Translations under genes and position numbers: made by a program
Source: Oikopleura dioica
Taxonomy: Eukaryota; Animalia; Chordata
Assembly: GCA_907165135.1 (NCBI GenBank)
Contig: OU015568.1
Span: 4,278,001 to 4,342,000 of the forward strand
DNA length: 64,000 bases
Direction of reading: 5' to 3'
Part shown: positions 49,229-61,092 of the stretch, piece by piece
How positions within the stretch are numbered: the stretch's first letter is position 1
How the letters are laid out: each line of letters starts with the position of its first letter
The notes under the pieces: generated by a model
Told to the model about the DNA's origin: nothing
The model's input: the letters and a program-made list of their open reading frames with translations, nothing else
Database searches by the model: none

Positions 49229-50279
49229 TATAGGGTTTGCTAGACTCTCGCCCACGTTATCATTATCTGATCGAGCGCAACTCCGGTCGAGCTCGATCAG
49301 AAGTGGCATTCGTAACTTTTACTCTCTCCGAGCAACTCGTTATTTATTTCCAGCTTTTCTCTTCAATAATATACAGCAACGATTACTCTACTACCAGGGC
49401 TGCACAATTGGATTGGAATCCAATTGGTTTCCAATTCCAATTGGATTGGATTGGTAAATTGGTTGGAAAAGGGGCGGGAAAATCAGGGTCTGTCCAATTG
49501 GATCGCCATTCCAATTGGAAAATGGGGGTCCAATTGGCAAGTGGTCGCCAATTGGTAAATTGGCAAAATGATTGGATCAAACCACCTCCATCCACATCGG
49601 AAACCGAGTTTCCGAACGCCCTTAAATTTAAAAATTAAGGAACGGGGCTGAGACGGCTCGAAGACTGCCCACAACCGTCCCGAAGACTGCCCACCACCAC
49701 CCACATACCCACTATTTCCACCACTTTTTGCCAACCTCAGCTTTTTTTTTATCAAAACGCATATGGGGGTCGGGGACTTCTAGTACCAAAGCTTTTTGGT
49801 ACTGCCAGAACCAATTTTGACTATTCGATTGATATTTTAACGAAATATTTCATTGGGAACAATAGTAGGCGGGTAAATAGAAGTGTATCCTGTCCGAATC
49901 TGTAAGTTTCCTACCACAGAACCCGCGCAGCGGGCGTTTTTGGCTGACTAAAATTGGTGAACTCATTATAAAAACTGAATTTTCCAATTAGAATCCGATT
50001 TCTAATTGGAATTTGGCTGTCCAATTGGAAAACTCGTGCCAATTGGAAGCTTGATTCCAATTGCCGATTGGACAGCCAAATTTCAAATTGGAATTGGCAT
50101 TGGATTGGAATTTGGTTGGATTGGCAAAATTTGGGTTGGATTGGATTGGCAGTTGGTTGGAAAAATCCAAATTTTTTTGCCAATTGTGCAGCCCTGCTAC
50201 TACCCGACTCTTCCTTGTTGACTTAGAGATTAGCAGGCATTCTTCCAGTGGGAAAAGGCAGTATAGCAGACTCCTTACA
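49229..50279 (+). repeat. 3' LTR, split by a nested DNA-transposon insertion
   Basis: 49229-49394 and 50197-50279 match the 5' LTR on either side of the insert. Confidence 0.9.
49395..50196. mobile_element. hAT-type MITE (~800 bp) nested in the 3' LTR
   Basis: TIR CAGGGCTGCACAATTGG / CCAATTGTGCAGCCCTG. TSD CTACTAC (7 bp; 8 bp CTACTACC if the first C is assigned to the target). Subterminal CCAATTGG/GATTGG repeats. Confidence 0.88.
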
Positions 50280-51182
50280 AGGTCATATCAAAAGTTCCTC
50301 AACAAGCGTTTTTTCGATTTATTCTAGCGCGCCTTTTCGAGAACATAAACCAAAGTCATTTTGTCGAATTGAATCGGTTTTCTCGAAATGATTTTGTTCA
50401 CGTGACGAGAAATCCGAAAAAAACAGTAAAGAATTCCTCGGAAGAGATGATTCTTCTTTTAACTTCAAATTCTTCCAGTAAGAGGGGTCCTCCAGGCAAA
50501 AAAAAAAGAAAATTGCTCGCTTGGTGTCGCTTATTTGAGCTTTTCTTTCGGGAAATCAAGCCTTTTCTGAGCTTTTGCCTGTCCTCTTATAAACAGTATG
50601 GTATTTATAGTAAATAGTTTTTTATATCAGCAAAAAACAAAAAGCACGCGAGAGACAAAGTATTGCAATCTTATCCCTTTTCCGAGACAATTTGACTTCC
50701 AAAATCTCCACCCAAGGAAATCTGATCTGGCATGTTGATCTTTTAAGACACTTCCACCATTTCCGACGCATAGTTTGATCCGTTCGATTACTCAATCAAC
50801 TCATTTAAATTCTAAAAAAATAGAAAAAATTGAAAAATTAAAAGAAAAATGAGCATTTTTTCTAAGAAAAAAGTGAACTGAAATTAACCCTAGCTGATCT
50901 GTGTCAATCTGTTTCTTACGAAAGTCGCTCGAGCTAAATTGCCAGCTGCGGTGGCTGATGATTTCGTGAAAAGAAACACTCGAGCCACTTTTGAAAATAC
51001 GCAGGCATAACCTTTCTAAACTTATCGCGCTTACAAGCTTATCGAAACATCAGTTATCCACTTTTTCTTTCACATTTTGTACCTGACTATTTATTCGTGT
51101 GAAAAATCAACAAAGATCAAAGTTTCAATTTCGTTACAGAGAATCATCTTTATTGGTTTTATATTATATTATATTATATTAT

Positions 51183-53258
51183 TCATTGTAGCCCTAGGTC
51201 TTTGGCAACAAGAGCGGCTGTCGTCGGATGCATCGATGGCCGATTCTTCTTGAAATTTTCTAGAGCTCTTGGCCGCGCAAACTCCCAATTTTTCAGGTCT
51301 CGGTACAACGGTCGTATGAATTTTACCCGCCCCTTGAATGAGGAAATAAAAAGCGAATTCGATGCTTAATTCACCTGTTCAGTGAACATCGCAAAAGCAT
51401 CATCAATAGCTGGCTTGAATCGCGATTGAAGGCCGAGGCGAATCCATCGAAAACGAACTTCCGAGTTCTGCGACTCCGATATGCGTTTGTAAATGACGGA
51501 CATTTGCTGAATCTGATCTGGAGAAAACGAGCTGTCAGCAACTAGCTGGTCGAGGAATTCTTTAAGCTGGGCGGAATTGAATGAAGAAATATCATTTGCT
51601 GATGGAGTAGCATAACCTGCCCGCCATTTTTTCGCCAGCTGAAAAATTGGTTTTAAAACCCAACTGTTTACTACTTACGGCGGTGCAAACATCCTGTAGG
51701 CTCGTATCAAACTGTGGCTTAGGAACAGGAGGCATGCCTGTGCCGTTGAACCAACCATCCCAGTCGACTGTATTTAAAATGGCGTTATCTTTTTCTGAAG
51801 CAGAAAAGTGCTCGAAAAGAAAGTCTTTCCATTCTTGAGTATCAAGCGCTCCGTATGAGAACTTCTCGATGTAGGCTTCAAGAAGTGATTAAAAACTTTG
51901 AAAATAGGTTCTCAGGATGGCTAAGATTTATTTTAAGTCACTCAATCCTTTAAAAAAACCTTCAAACTTCGAAACGCCTAGGAGTGACTGTAGGTGGTAA
52001 AGAAGGGCGAAGCCTTTCTCGTACGGGATCCGGGAAAAAGACTCATCTGGGTCAACGAAGCCGTCATTTTGGATCACGAGTTTCGTGTAGTCATGCTCTG
52101 TCCCCAAAGTTTTCACAGTTTCCGCTAGTTCTGTTCATGGTTCTCACCTTTGTTGAAATCAAAGAAGACGACTTTGACCATAAAAGAGTGTACCTTTCCT
52201 GTCCAGCCAATTATCGCCAAGAGCTCTGCAGTCGGCTTATCATAAATTTTCTCCACGATCTTGCGCTCGACAAAGCGTGTGTGTCCTTCGTTGAGCCAGA
52301 AATGCTCCCAGTTTACGTTAGTCACCAAATTTCCTGTCCAAGAGTGCGCGATTTCGTGCGCAACGACGTAGGCGAGAGACTTGTCTCCGGCAAGAAGAGC
52401 TGGACTGACGAAAGTGAGACAAGGGTTTTCCATTCCTCCATAAGGAAACGAAGGAGGAAGGACGAGAATATCGTATTTTCCCCAAACATATGGGCCGAGG
52501 AGAGACTCGCCCGTCATGATGAACTCTTCTGTCTGCGAAAATTCAAAAGCAGCCTTTTCAACGAGCTCCTTTTCCGACCAAACTCGCGATCGAGGGCCAA
52601 TTTTCCGGCTCTCCAACTTGCCACACGCAATAGCGACCAAATAGCTGGATATTGGAATATTTTGAGAAAAATAAAATCTGTTGATGATATCTGTTCTTTC
52701 TGTCTTTTCATCTTGGAGATTGGCGCTCATCAAGGCGACAAGAGAGGCGGCGACGGAAACCTTGGCTGTGTACCTAAACTTCACTCCAGGAGAATCCTGG
52801 CAAGGAAAAAGAGATCGAGCGTGAATCGCCTCGCACTGGGAGAACATGTAAGGGTGTTTTCCACCAGCGGTCTGTTCTTTATTAAGCCACTGAAGAGCCG
52901 AACATTTCTCCGTCGTGTTGTAAAAGATCTTGACAATAAGATCTTCCCCTTTTCGTGGTGGTTCATCAGGAAGATCAATAATCAGGGGTTTTCCAAGCGC
53001 TTCTGTTTTGCCATTTTGGCCAGCTTCGCCGAACGAAAACTTCATTTTCTTTCCGTCGATGAGGACTTTTTGAACATCGAGCTCTCGAGTATCGAGAATG
53101 AATGCACAAAGGCTTTCTTCGAGCACATCACAAGTCAGTTCCGCTGACCCTCTGACCTGCTTGAGGGAAAAGTCGACATTCCAGTCGAAATGGATTGATT
53201 TTGTCCGAATTTTTGTGATGTCGCTGAAGGAGCACGGATCAGTCTCGAAGTTGACCAT
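51183..53258 (-). CDS. LTA4H: Leukotriene A4 hydrolase / M1 aminopeptidase
   Basis: N-terminal DPCSFS, SQCEAIHARS, GGMEN, HEIAHSW...WLNEG zinc motif, IPYEKGFALL, DWDGWFNGTGMPP, NSEVRFRW, QGRVKFIRPLYRDL, MHPTTAALVAKDL*. Five exons; the first two introns are GA-AG. Confidence 0.95.
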
Positions 53259-53490
53259 TCTCTTTTTTAGACAATAAACTTTGCGACAGTAAGGAAATTA
53301 ATGAGCGAAAAAGCAAAAAGTTAAACAGGAAGTTGGGTTTTGTTTTGAATTAATTTAATTAACGAACTGATGAGAATAATTTGAACTGCTTGAACTTAGA
53401 GTCCGAGTCGAAGTTTGCCGGTAACGAGTCGTTTTCTGCTCCTTTTTCTCAAGGTTCTCATCATGTATTTAAATAACAGTGCTTTTTACT

Positions 53491-56400
53491 TTAGTGAGAA
53501 GCGTCCCTGGTAGAAAAGAAAATGATTGAGGCAAGTGTGAGCGTCAGGCCGTATCTTCGGATCGTACGTCTAATAAAAAAGGCGAATTAATTGACGAGAA
53601 ATTGAAGTGGTTCTTACAAGCAGGGATGTGTATTCGCAAAAATTTTTGCTTTGCGCTGCGCTGCGATTGCAGAAATTTTGGGGTCCATTTTGCGCTGTTT
53701 TGCGCTGCAAAATCCAAAAATCGCGCAATTTGCGGAATTTTGCGCTGTTTTGCGGAAAATCAAAATTTGATGATTTTGCGAAAGTTTTGCGGATTTGCGG
53801 ATTGCGCAGATGACACGCAATTTGCGTAATTTTGCGAATTTAGCGGGATTTTTGCGCATTTTGGGAATTTTGCGGGATTTTCGCACATTTTGCGAAAATC
53901 TGCGAATTTTGTTGTATTTTTGGCCCCATTTATTTCTACTTGAAATGGAGAGAGGGGGTGGAAAATGAAGATTTGAAAAATGCACTAAATTTTGTCAAGG
54001 CTCTCACGCCTTACTGAGACGCGCTTTTTTTACGGTTGGATTTTATAACTTTTTATTCTGTCGGTCAATTTTGGAGTTCTTGGGCGCAAAATAATCGTCT
54101 TGAAAAATAAAAATTTTCCAGTGCATTATTTTTTTCAAAAAGTACCTAATACAACTGATAAGAGCAAAAAGAGCGATAAAAAGAGTTTGAGAAAGCCTTT
54201 TGAGATAATTGTACCAGCAAATTCATCAGAATGAAAATCTTGAAAATCTCAAAGTTAAAAAAGTACTCAAAAGTACTGATAAGACCAAAAAATACTGATA
54301 TCTTGGCTTTGATGGGGCAAATCCGAATGATTTCAACACCAAAACCGATTTTTTTGTCTTCTTCTTTTTCAATTGGTCTCACGTGTATAAGATGGAATTT
54401 GGTCAACAAATGAAATAAATTCTAGCTTAAATGCTAGTAACTCTCATCTGTACTGCGATTTCAAATGAGCGGAAGTTCTCAATAACCTCCGGAACATTTT
54501 ATTAGAAAGGTTGATTTTCTTAAAAAAATCTACTTGACGCAGCCGGTGGGCCAGATGAGCCAAAGAAGTAAATAAAAAACTCGACGTTGCCTTATCATAT
54601 GGCCATATGCGCTTATTGCAGCTGTCCTCTCGTATTTAAATTGATCAGAACTCGGAATTTCTCATAGAACAGAACCTTTAACTATTTTTTATTGAAAAAA
54701 TGTCTGGTGATAAACTACCGGCTGAAATCCTTGAAAACTTGCTGAAAAAAGAAGAAGAAAAAACAGTCAAAGATCGAGAATTTCGGTCGAAATTTGGGGA
54801 GAAAGAAACTGAATCAATGCCCCTAAAACTTCTTCAGAGAATGAAGAACTTAAAAATTCCTGACTAATTATGTTAACTTTTGTTATCATTGTAAAAGAGT
54901 TAAAAAGGATGTAAATGGATTTCGAGTCAAAAAAAAAGATCGAGATCGTTTGATGGAGGAAGCTGAAAGGGTTGCTCTTCGATATCGTCATCGTAACAAT
55001 GGCGTAAGAGAATTATAGGGTCAATATCATGGTCAACTGACTAGAACGTCAGTTTATTATTTTATTATCTCGCGCTGCGCGCATTGTGATGATTCCTATC
55101 AATTTTCTTTTATTATCCAAGAAATTGACCTAGAATACAGTCAATCCCGATTCTTTATCAAGTCATGTTCGAGAAAAAATCTCTTGAAGCCCAATAACAA
55201 TCGATAAGCCAGATAAAGTCCCATTTTTGACAATCAATACCTTCTTCATTTCGTACAACAACCTTGTATTTTACTCTTAAAAATTTGTTATATCACTATT
55301 TTCGGGCTTATCAGTAATTTAAGGATCTATTTTCATCGACTTCGAGTTTTGAAAATTTCTCTCCGATCAATTTGGTTGTAAAATCATTAGAAAGGATGCT
55401 TTCAAACTCATGATATCATTACTTCCGGTCTTATCAGTACTTTTAAGTCCCATCTTATCGATCATGATTATTGAGAATTTCTTTCTCGTTAATTTGGTGG
55501 TAAAATCAGTTCATTAGATGCTCTCAAACTCGAGATATCGCTACTTCCGGTCTTATCAGTACTTTTTGGTACTTTCTTATCTATTATGATTGCAGAGGAA
55601 TTCTTTCTGATTAATTTGCTGGTGAAATCACTCCAAAAGATGATCTCAAACTGAAGATATCGCTTTTTTTCTTCTTATCAGTACTTTAAGGTACTCTTAT
55701 CGGAAAAATAATGCATTGGAAAATTTTTATTTTTAACGAGGATCATTTTGCGCCCAAGAACTCCGAAATTGGTCGACTCTATAAAAAGTTATTAGAATCC
55801 AACCGCAAAAAAAGCGCGTCTGAGGCATAACAGTAATGCTATGACACTAGTTTCTTATAGAGGACCCTTGACTCTCTGAGGAATGCTGAAAAAATCATGC
55901 AAAATGTTGTTCTTCGCTTCTAGAGAGGGATGAACTCAATTCGCCAAGAAGAGGTTCCTCTTTTGCTGGAAGACCTGAGAATGGGTCCTCCGCTATAAAA
56001 TTTTGGGGACATTATTCCGGGGTTATAAAAAGTTATTTTCATGGTTTTCAAAAAGAACCATAATTAAGCTAAAACAAAGATAATATAGATTTTTTAAATA
56101 ATGGGTGTGGGTGGGGTTGGGGACAAAACTGAGATTGATCAACTCAGAGTTCCAAGCCTTTGTCAAGCCCCTTAAATTTAGAAATCAAGGAATGGGGCTG
56201 AGTTTGAAAAACTGAATAATCACCCAGCAAAATTTCATTGAACCGACCGGTTTATTTTTGCCGGTAAAATGACCGGTCTGTTAACTACGATATCGGATTG
56301 TTTTATGTCGGGAATTATTCAGTTTTTCTTCCGCAAATTACCGCCGAAGTTGTGAATGCGATGATGAATGAGGATTTGATATGGAAATCTTCACAATTAA

Positions 56401-58211
56401 CATCAAAAAAATGTAGAAATTCTTAGCAAAATCCCGCAAAATTGCATTTTGCGGACTGCAAAAGTATTGAGATTTTGTGGAATTTTCGCGCAAAATGCGC
56501 TTTTGCGCGCAATTTTGCGGAAAAATTGCGGAAATTTTTGGGGCTGATTTTGCGCTGTTTTGCGCTGCAGAATGAAAAATCCCGCATTTTGCGCTGTTTT
56601 GCGGATTTTGCGCTGCGAATGCACATCCCTGCTTACAAGCATCCGTTCTATCAGATCGAACAGGGCGTTGTGGTCGGCATGCAGTGGTTTTCTGTTGTAT
56701 TTGTAAAGGTTGAAAGTCTTTTCGAGGTCGATTTTGACAAGAAAATAAGGATCCCCCTATGAATCATGCTTTCCGATCAAAATTAACCTTCCCTTTCTCG
56801 CTTTTTTGCCACTTTCACTTTCCCAATCAATTTTCAGAGAATACCCTCTCTCATTATATTGATAAAAACTTGATGATTTCTGCATGATACTAGTCGTTGG
56901 AGCTCCTAAAAAACAAGGTGAAACATAAACTTCATTCATTCTACCGATATATCGTTCCATAATGGCCAAATGCTCCAAATCCTCATGCGTATCAAACATC
57001 GTATCCCCGGTATAATACTCAAAAAGCATGCAACCCAGCGACCAAATATCAATCTTCGTGCCCCATTTCTGACCGAAGATAATTTCCGGCGCTCGGTAAT
57101 GCCTCGTCGAAACAGTTTTCGAATGATGGTCAGTTTCAAACACAGCTGAGCCGAAATCAACAACGATTATTTCTGTCGTCAGAAGTCGTCTGCTTTTTGG
57201 ATCGCCAGGAATCGACTCGGCAAAGGGTCGCTCGCTTTTGAAGAGGACGTTTTCGGGCTAAAATGAGATGCGATGGAAGATTTTGAAAGTATACTTACTT
57301 TTATATCTGTATGAGTGCACTTATTCGCGTGAAGAAATTGAAGAGCGGATAACAACTTCATAAAGAATAATCATATTTACATAAGTTTTATTCTAGAGCT
57401 ATTCATTATTCCGTTCCTGAGAGCAAAACGACTTGATCGTATTAAATTTGTAGGGCTTGTATCCAATACTCTTCATGTAATCATACGTCGAAATTCCATG
57501 CACGGGAAAAACGAGACACACGTGACCGTTGAATGAAAAATCATGGAAGAGTTGCACGATGGGATAGTAACCAGCGTGGTTTTTGCGAGTCAGGTTTTTG
57601 AGAATTGAGATTTCAATCTTCGCCGCGGCAGTGTATCTAGTTTCCGGATCGAAATTTCAAAAAGGGGATAAGGGTATACCTTGGGATATTCCTGACGACT
57701 TTGATAGCGCAGTTGAGCCCGCTCTCGACATTTTTGCAGAGGTATACTTTTCCAAATGTTCCTTGACCGAGTTCTCTCTCGACCGACTTAAAAAAATATA
57801 TCGATAAATGAAGAAAGAATGGCTGTAAATCATCATTTAACAGTAATCAGAGGCTTGATATGCGCAAGAATCGCAAGATATGCATTGCGGGCTTGCATTT
57901 TTCCGTTATTTTTGTTCAAAAAAGCCTCTTTGTAAGTAAAAAATACCTTCCAAACATACCCAAGTGTGCGCTAGAAAATCGCCAATGCTTCCTTCGTAAT
58001 GTCCCTGCTTCTTACCGTCAGACTTCGATTTCTCGGCCATAGATCTGTCTTTTTTGTTTTCCGATTTTCTTTTGTTTCGTCCAAAACGAAAATTTTCTGA
58101 AATTCTCTCGATTAAAATTTGAAATTGAATAATTTTTTTCTGCTAAAAATTGTTAAATTTACGTTTAGATGAAAAATTGTGTTGAATAAATTTTCGTAAT
58201 GTTGAGGCCAT
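53491..58211 (-). CDS. CLK: CLK/LAMMER dual-specificity kinase
   Basis: ELGQGTFGKV, AIKVVRN, HTDIKPENVLF, VDFGSA, VSTRHYRAPEII, DIWSLGC, EHLAIMERYIG (LAMMER-like), LFDLIERML, and a last exon TYDPKIRPDAHTCLNHFF at 53491-53569 beyond a 3-kb intron. The start is tentative. Confidence 0.9.
53621..56631. mobile_element. 3.0-kb non-autonomous hAT-type element in the last CLK intron
   Basis: TIR CAGGGATGTG(T/C)ATTCGCA. Perfect 8-bp TSD CTTACAAG at 53613-53620 and 56632-56639. Subterminal TTTTGCGC repeat fields. No transposase. Confidence 0.9.
54010..55830. mobile_element. Inner inverted-repeat element nested in the 3-kb hAT element
   Basis: GACGCGCTTTTTTTACGGTTGGA...GGAGTTCTTGGGCGCAAAA...CCAGTGCATTATT (54018-54131) is the reverse complement of about 55706-55820. 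Internal ~120-bp repeats carry CTTATCAGTACTTT. Confidence 0.7.
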
Positions 58212-58339
58212 GTAAAACGTGCTGCTCGTAAAGGGCTTCTCTCGCCTCGGGGCCGAGCGCTGTTTGTTCTTCCGAAAAGTAAATTTGCCACGAGAAGCGA
58301 TCCGATGCTTTTCTTGACATAGAGCAATTCCTCTTCCTG

Positions 58340-60239
58340 GATTAGATTCTAGCCCGGGCTAGTATTGGAGCGGGTATACTGCCAAGAAACCCTCGGAAAA
58401 TAAAATTCAGGCTCGTTGCAGTAGGTTTTTCGTCAGAGTTGAATTGGCGCAAATTTGCGGTCTGAATCGGTTATTCCTTGAAATCATGGAAGAGAATTAC
58501 CGGAACAAGAGGCCGAGGAGAAAACAAAAACGCGCAAACAATGATCAAGCAGACTGTTACTTTCTAGGGATGATCGCATTCGAAGACATCCATGCAGAGA
58601 CCATCTGTTAGGGACTTGGCCAGGAGATCACCATCGCATCGGCAATCGGTCAAATTCGAGTCAAGGCAACCAGCATGGCAGGGGGAAAAGTAAGTCGTTG
58701 CGGATTGTTGATCACAAACGGGCTCAAAAACATTTTTCTGACAAAAGCAACGAGAAAAACACGATGATAAGTTCGAAGAGCTCGATATGACTGGATCCCC
58801 ATTTACATCAAAAACACCAAAAATTTCTTGATTATCGCAGGAAAAACCATACAAACTCGGCAAATACACAACCAACAGTGCAATAGAGGTAAGAAAACAG
58901 ATAAAAAGGAGTTTGTTGCTTTGTAATTTGAAAGTTCCAAGCGGAATCGGAATGAAGCATCCAAGTATCCCTCCAATAGCGCATAAGCCGCCGTAAATGC
59001 GTGCTTCAGAGGGGGAGATCGAGTAAATTTCTTGGAGGAATTTCATTCCATCGCCAACCGTAGCCGCTTGCTGATGATTTACATCAGTAAAACGATCGAA
59101 ATGAAAGCATATTCATGTTAAATCTTTCCTGTCATATAACTATCAAAACTTCCACCAAGAGTGGAAAACCACCAGCAACCATTTCTCAAAACAATTTTTG
59201 TCGACTTTAATTCGCTCCAGAAATTTGTCGTTTCACTTCTTTCCCTCTCTGGTGCCCCTGGTAGAAGTCTCGGATAGCCAAAGAGAAAGGGAAACGTAAG
59301 TAAAGCAAGGCCAAGTCGAATAAGAAATGGCAACCACCAGGCGCCAAGCCAGTTTGGACTGCTCGGGTCCAGATGGACAGTGTCGTGGACAGAAATATCC
59401 GTCCAAACGCCGAGAGCTGCAGCGCTTATATAAATTCCGACAAGAGGTCCGATTGCTACAGCACCGTTGTAAATTGACATATTTCTTCCTCCTTTGACCG
59501 CGTTTGTTTGATCCTCTGCTGCAGTTGATCCTGTGAACAAACTGTTTATTCTTGCCATTTGCAGCAGGCATACCTCTTGACCACAAGACACTGGCCCCCA
59601 TCCCGCTCAATATTCCGGCAAGAACAAAGCAGGCTCGAGAGGATTTGCGAACCGTTGTAATCGCAAAAATCAACTTGGTTTTCACAAACCATTCCTAGCC
59701 AACCATGAACATCATCCTTTATATTAGACATTGTTCGTGTAAGCGAGCAAATGTTTGGTTCAGAGCTCTCCTCTTCCAAAACCGGAGCCTTCGGAGTTCC
59801 AAAATGAGGAATCACATAGAATAGACTACTGATAGCGATTGCCGCTCCCGCAGGACCCAAAGAGGCGCCAAGGGAAGTCTTTTTCGCCAACCAACTCAAT
59901 GGCAAAATAGCGACGAGGAAGCCAATTTCATAAGCGGCCATGATCAGTCCCGATTGCTTTGAATTGAAACCGAAGCGTTTTTCGATTGTCGATAGACTTG
60001 CAGAGAGCGCGCCATTTATACCGATCATATTAATAGCAATCATTAAAGAGAGGAAGAAAATAAACCAGTTGATGTAATTCAAGCACTTTCAAAAAAATTT
60101 AATTATGACCGTATGGAAAAAATACCTGCAGGAATTCAAAATAAACCAAAAAGCCATACTTGCTATTTTCTCTTTCGTCCTTTTTATTTTCCTCATTCTG
60201 AAGTATTACTTGATTTTTGGACTTACCATCCTCAGTCAT
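58340..60239 (-). pseudogene. SLCO: Organic anion transporting polypeptide (OATP/SLCO) paralog with premature stop and lost C-terminus
   Basis: OATP signature PNWLGAWWLPFL and Kazal-like CFCQKNVFEPVC...TYFSPCHAGC. In-frame TAG at 58564-58566 precedes a still-homologous TM10 (KVTVCLIIVCAFL). Homology with the + paralog stops after IPAPIL. Confidence 0.8.
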
Positions 60240-61092
60240 CTTTTAAATGGATATAACGAGGAATGAAATTGAGCATAAATTAAATTTATTTCCTGTTAAT
60301 TTAAAAATATGCGAACTCGACGAAAATACGGTATATTTAAAATGTAAGTACAAATAATTGCCAATATTAATAAAAACGAAGCTTGTTTGCATAATCGTTC
60401 TTTTTTGTTGGTCAAGAAATTGGAGCTAAGTTAGCAAAGAAAAGTCAACAAAGAGAAGTTAAAAAAATGAGTGTTGAAATTTCGCTCTTTCAAGTAGACG
60501 ATAAAAACTGGTGGAAATGGTTCTTTAGGGGCATTTTTTGCAACCCCTATGTCAGGTTTGAATATATTGAAAAAGAACGATAAAAATGAAGGGATTTTAG
60601 CATCAGTATTTCGAAAAAACTTCTTTCAAAATCTCGCCCGAAAGAATTTGCTTATGTTTCTCACTTTCAATGGGCAGTTTTCATCATATTCCTTCTGCTG
60701 GATAATTTCGATCTCCACCAACTATCAACTTTTACCAAGCTCATTGGAATGGCCTTATGGTTTGTTTACATTTTTCTCGTCATTCGTCTCCGCTACCGAT
60801 TCAACCAAAAGAAACTCGAGGATCATTGCCACTTGATGGCGCTTTTGTACACTTGCTGCTGCCCCTGTAGTTACGGCCAGATGGGAGCCGAACTTTTAGA
60901 AAAGAAATCTGCCATAATCACTGTTTGAAAAATCCGCAATAAAAAGAGAAAAACAACGCCCAAAAAGATGCAAATAGAAATCAGAAAAAATGAGATCATT
61001 GAAAGTTTAGTGACAAATCCAATATTTACAGAAATCGTAGTCTGAGAGAAAATAATTCTGAAAAAAAATCTAGCACTCGTTTTTAATTTAAA

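Larger units (their letters stand above)
45243..50279 (+). mobile_element. Ty3/gypsy (Tor-like) LTR retrotransposon, non-autonomous, full boundaries
   Basis: 242-bp LTRs that appear identical; 4-bp TSD AGGT (45239-45242 and 50280-50283); PBS after the 5' LTR; PPT before the 3' LTR; gag-protease ORF; pol remnants. Confidence 0.92.

Noticed and set aside
51984-53147. 387-aa plus-strand ORF
   Set aside because: Antisense shadow of the LTA4H first exon; no recognisable motifs.
53602-53985. Cluster of ORFs in several frames, mirrored at 56403-56762
   Set aside because: Low-complexity TTTTGCGC subterminal repeats of the hAT element.
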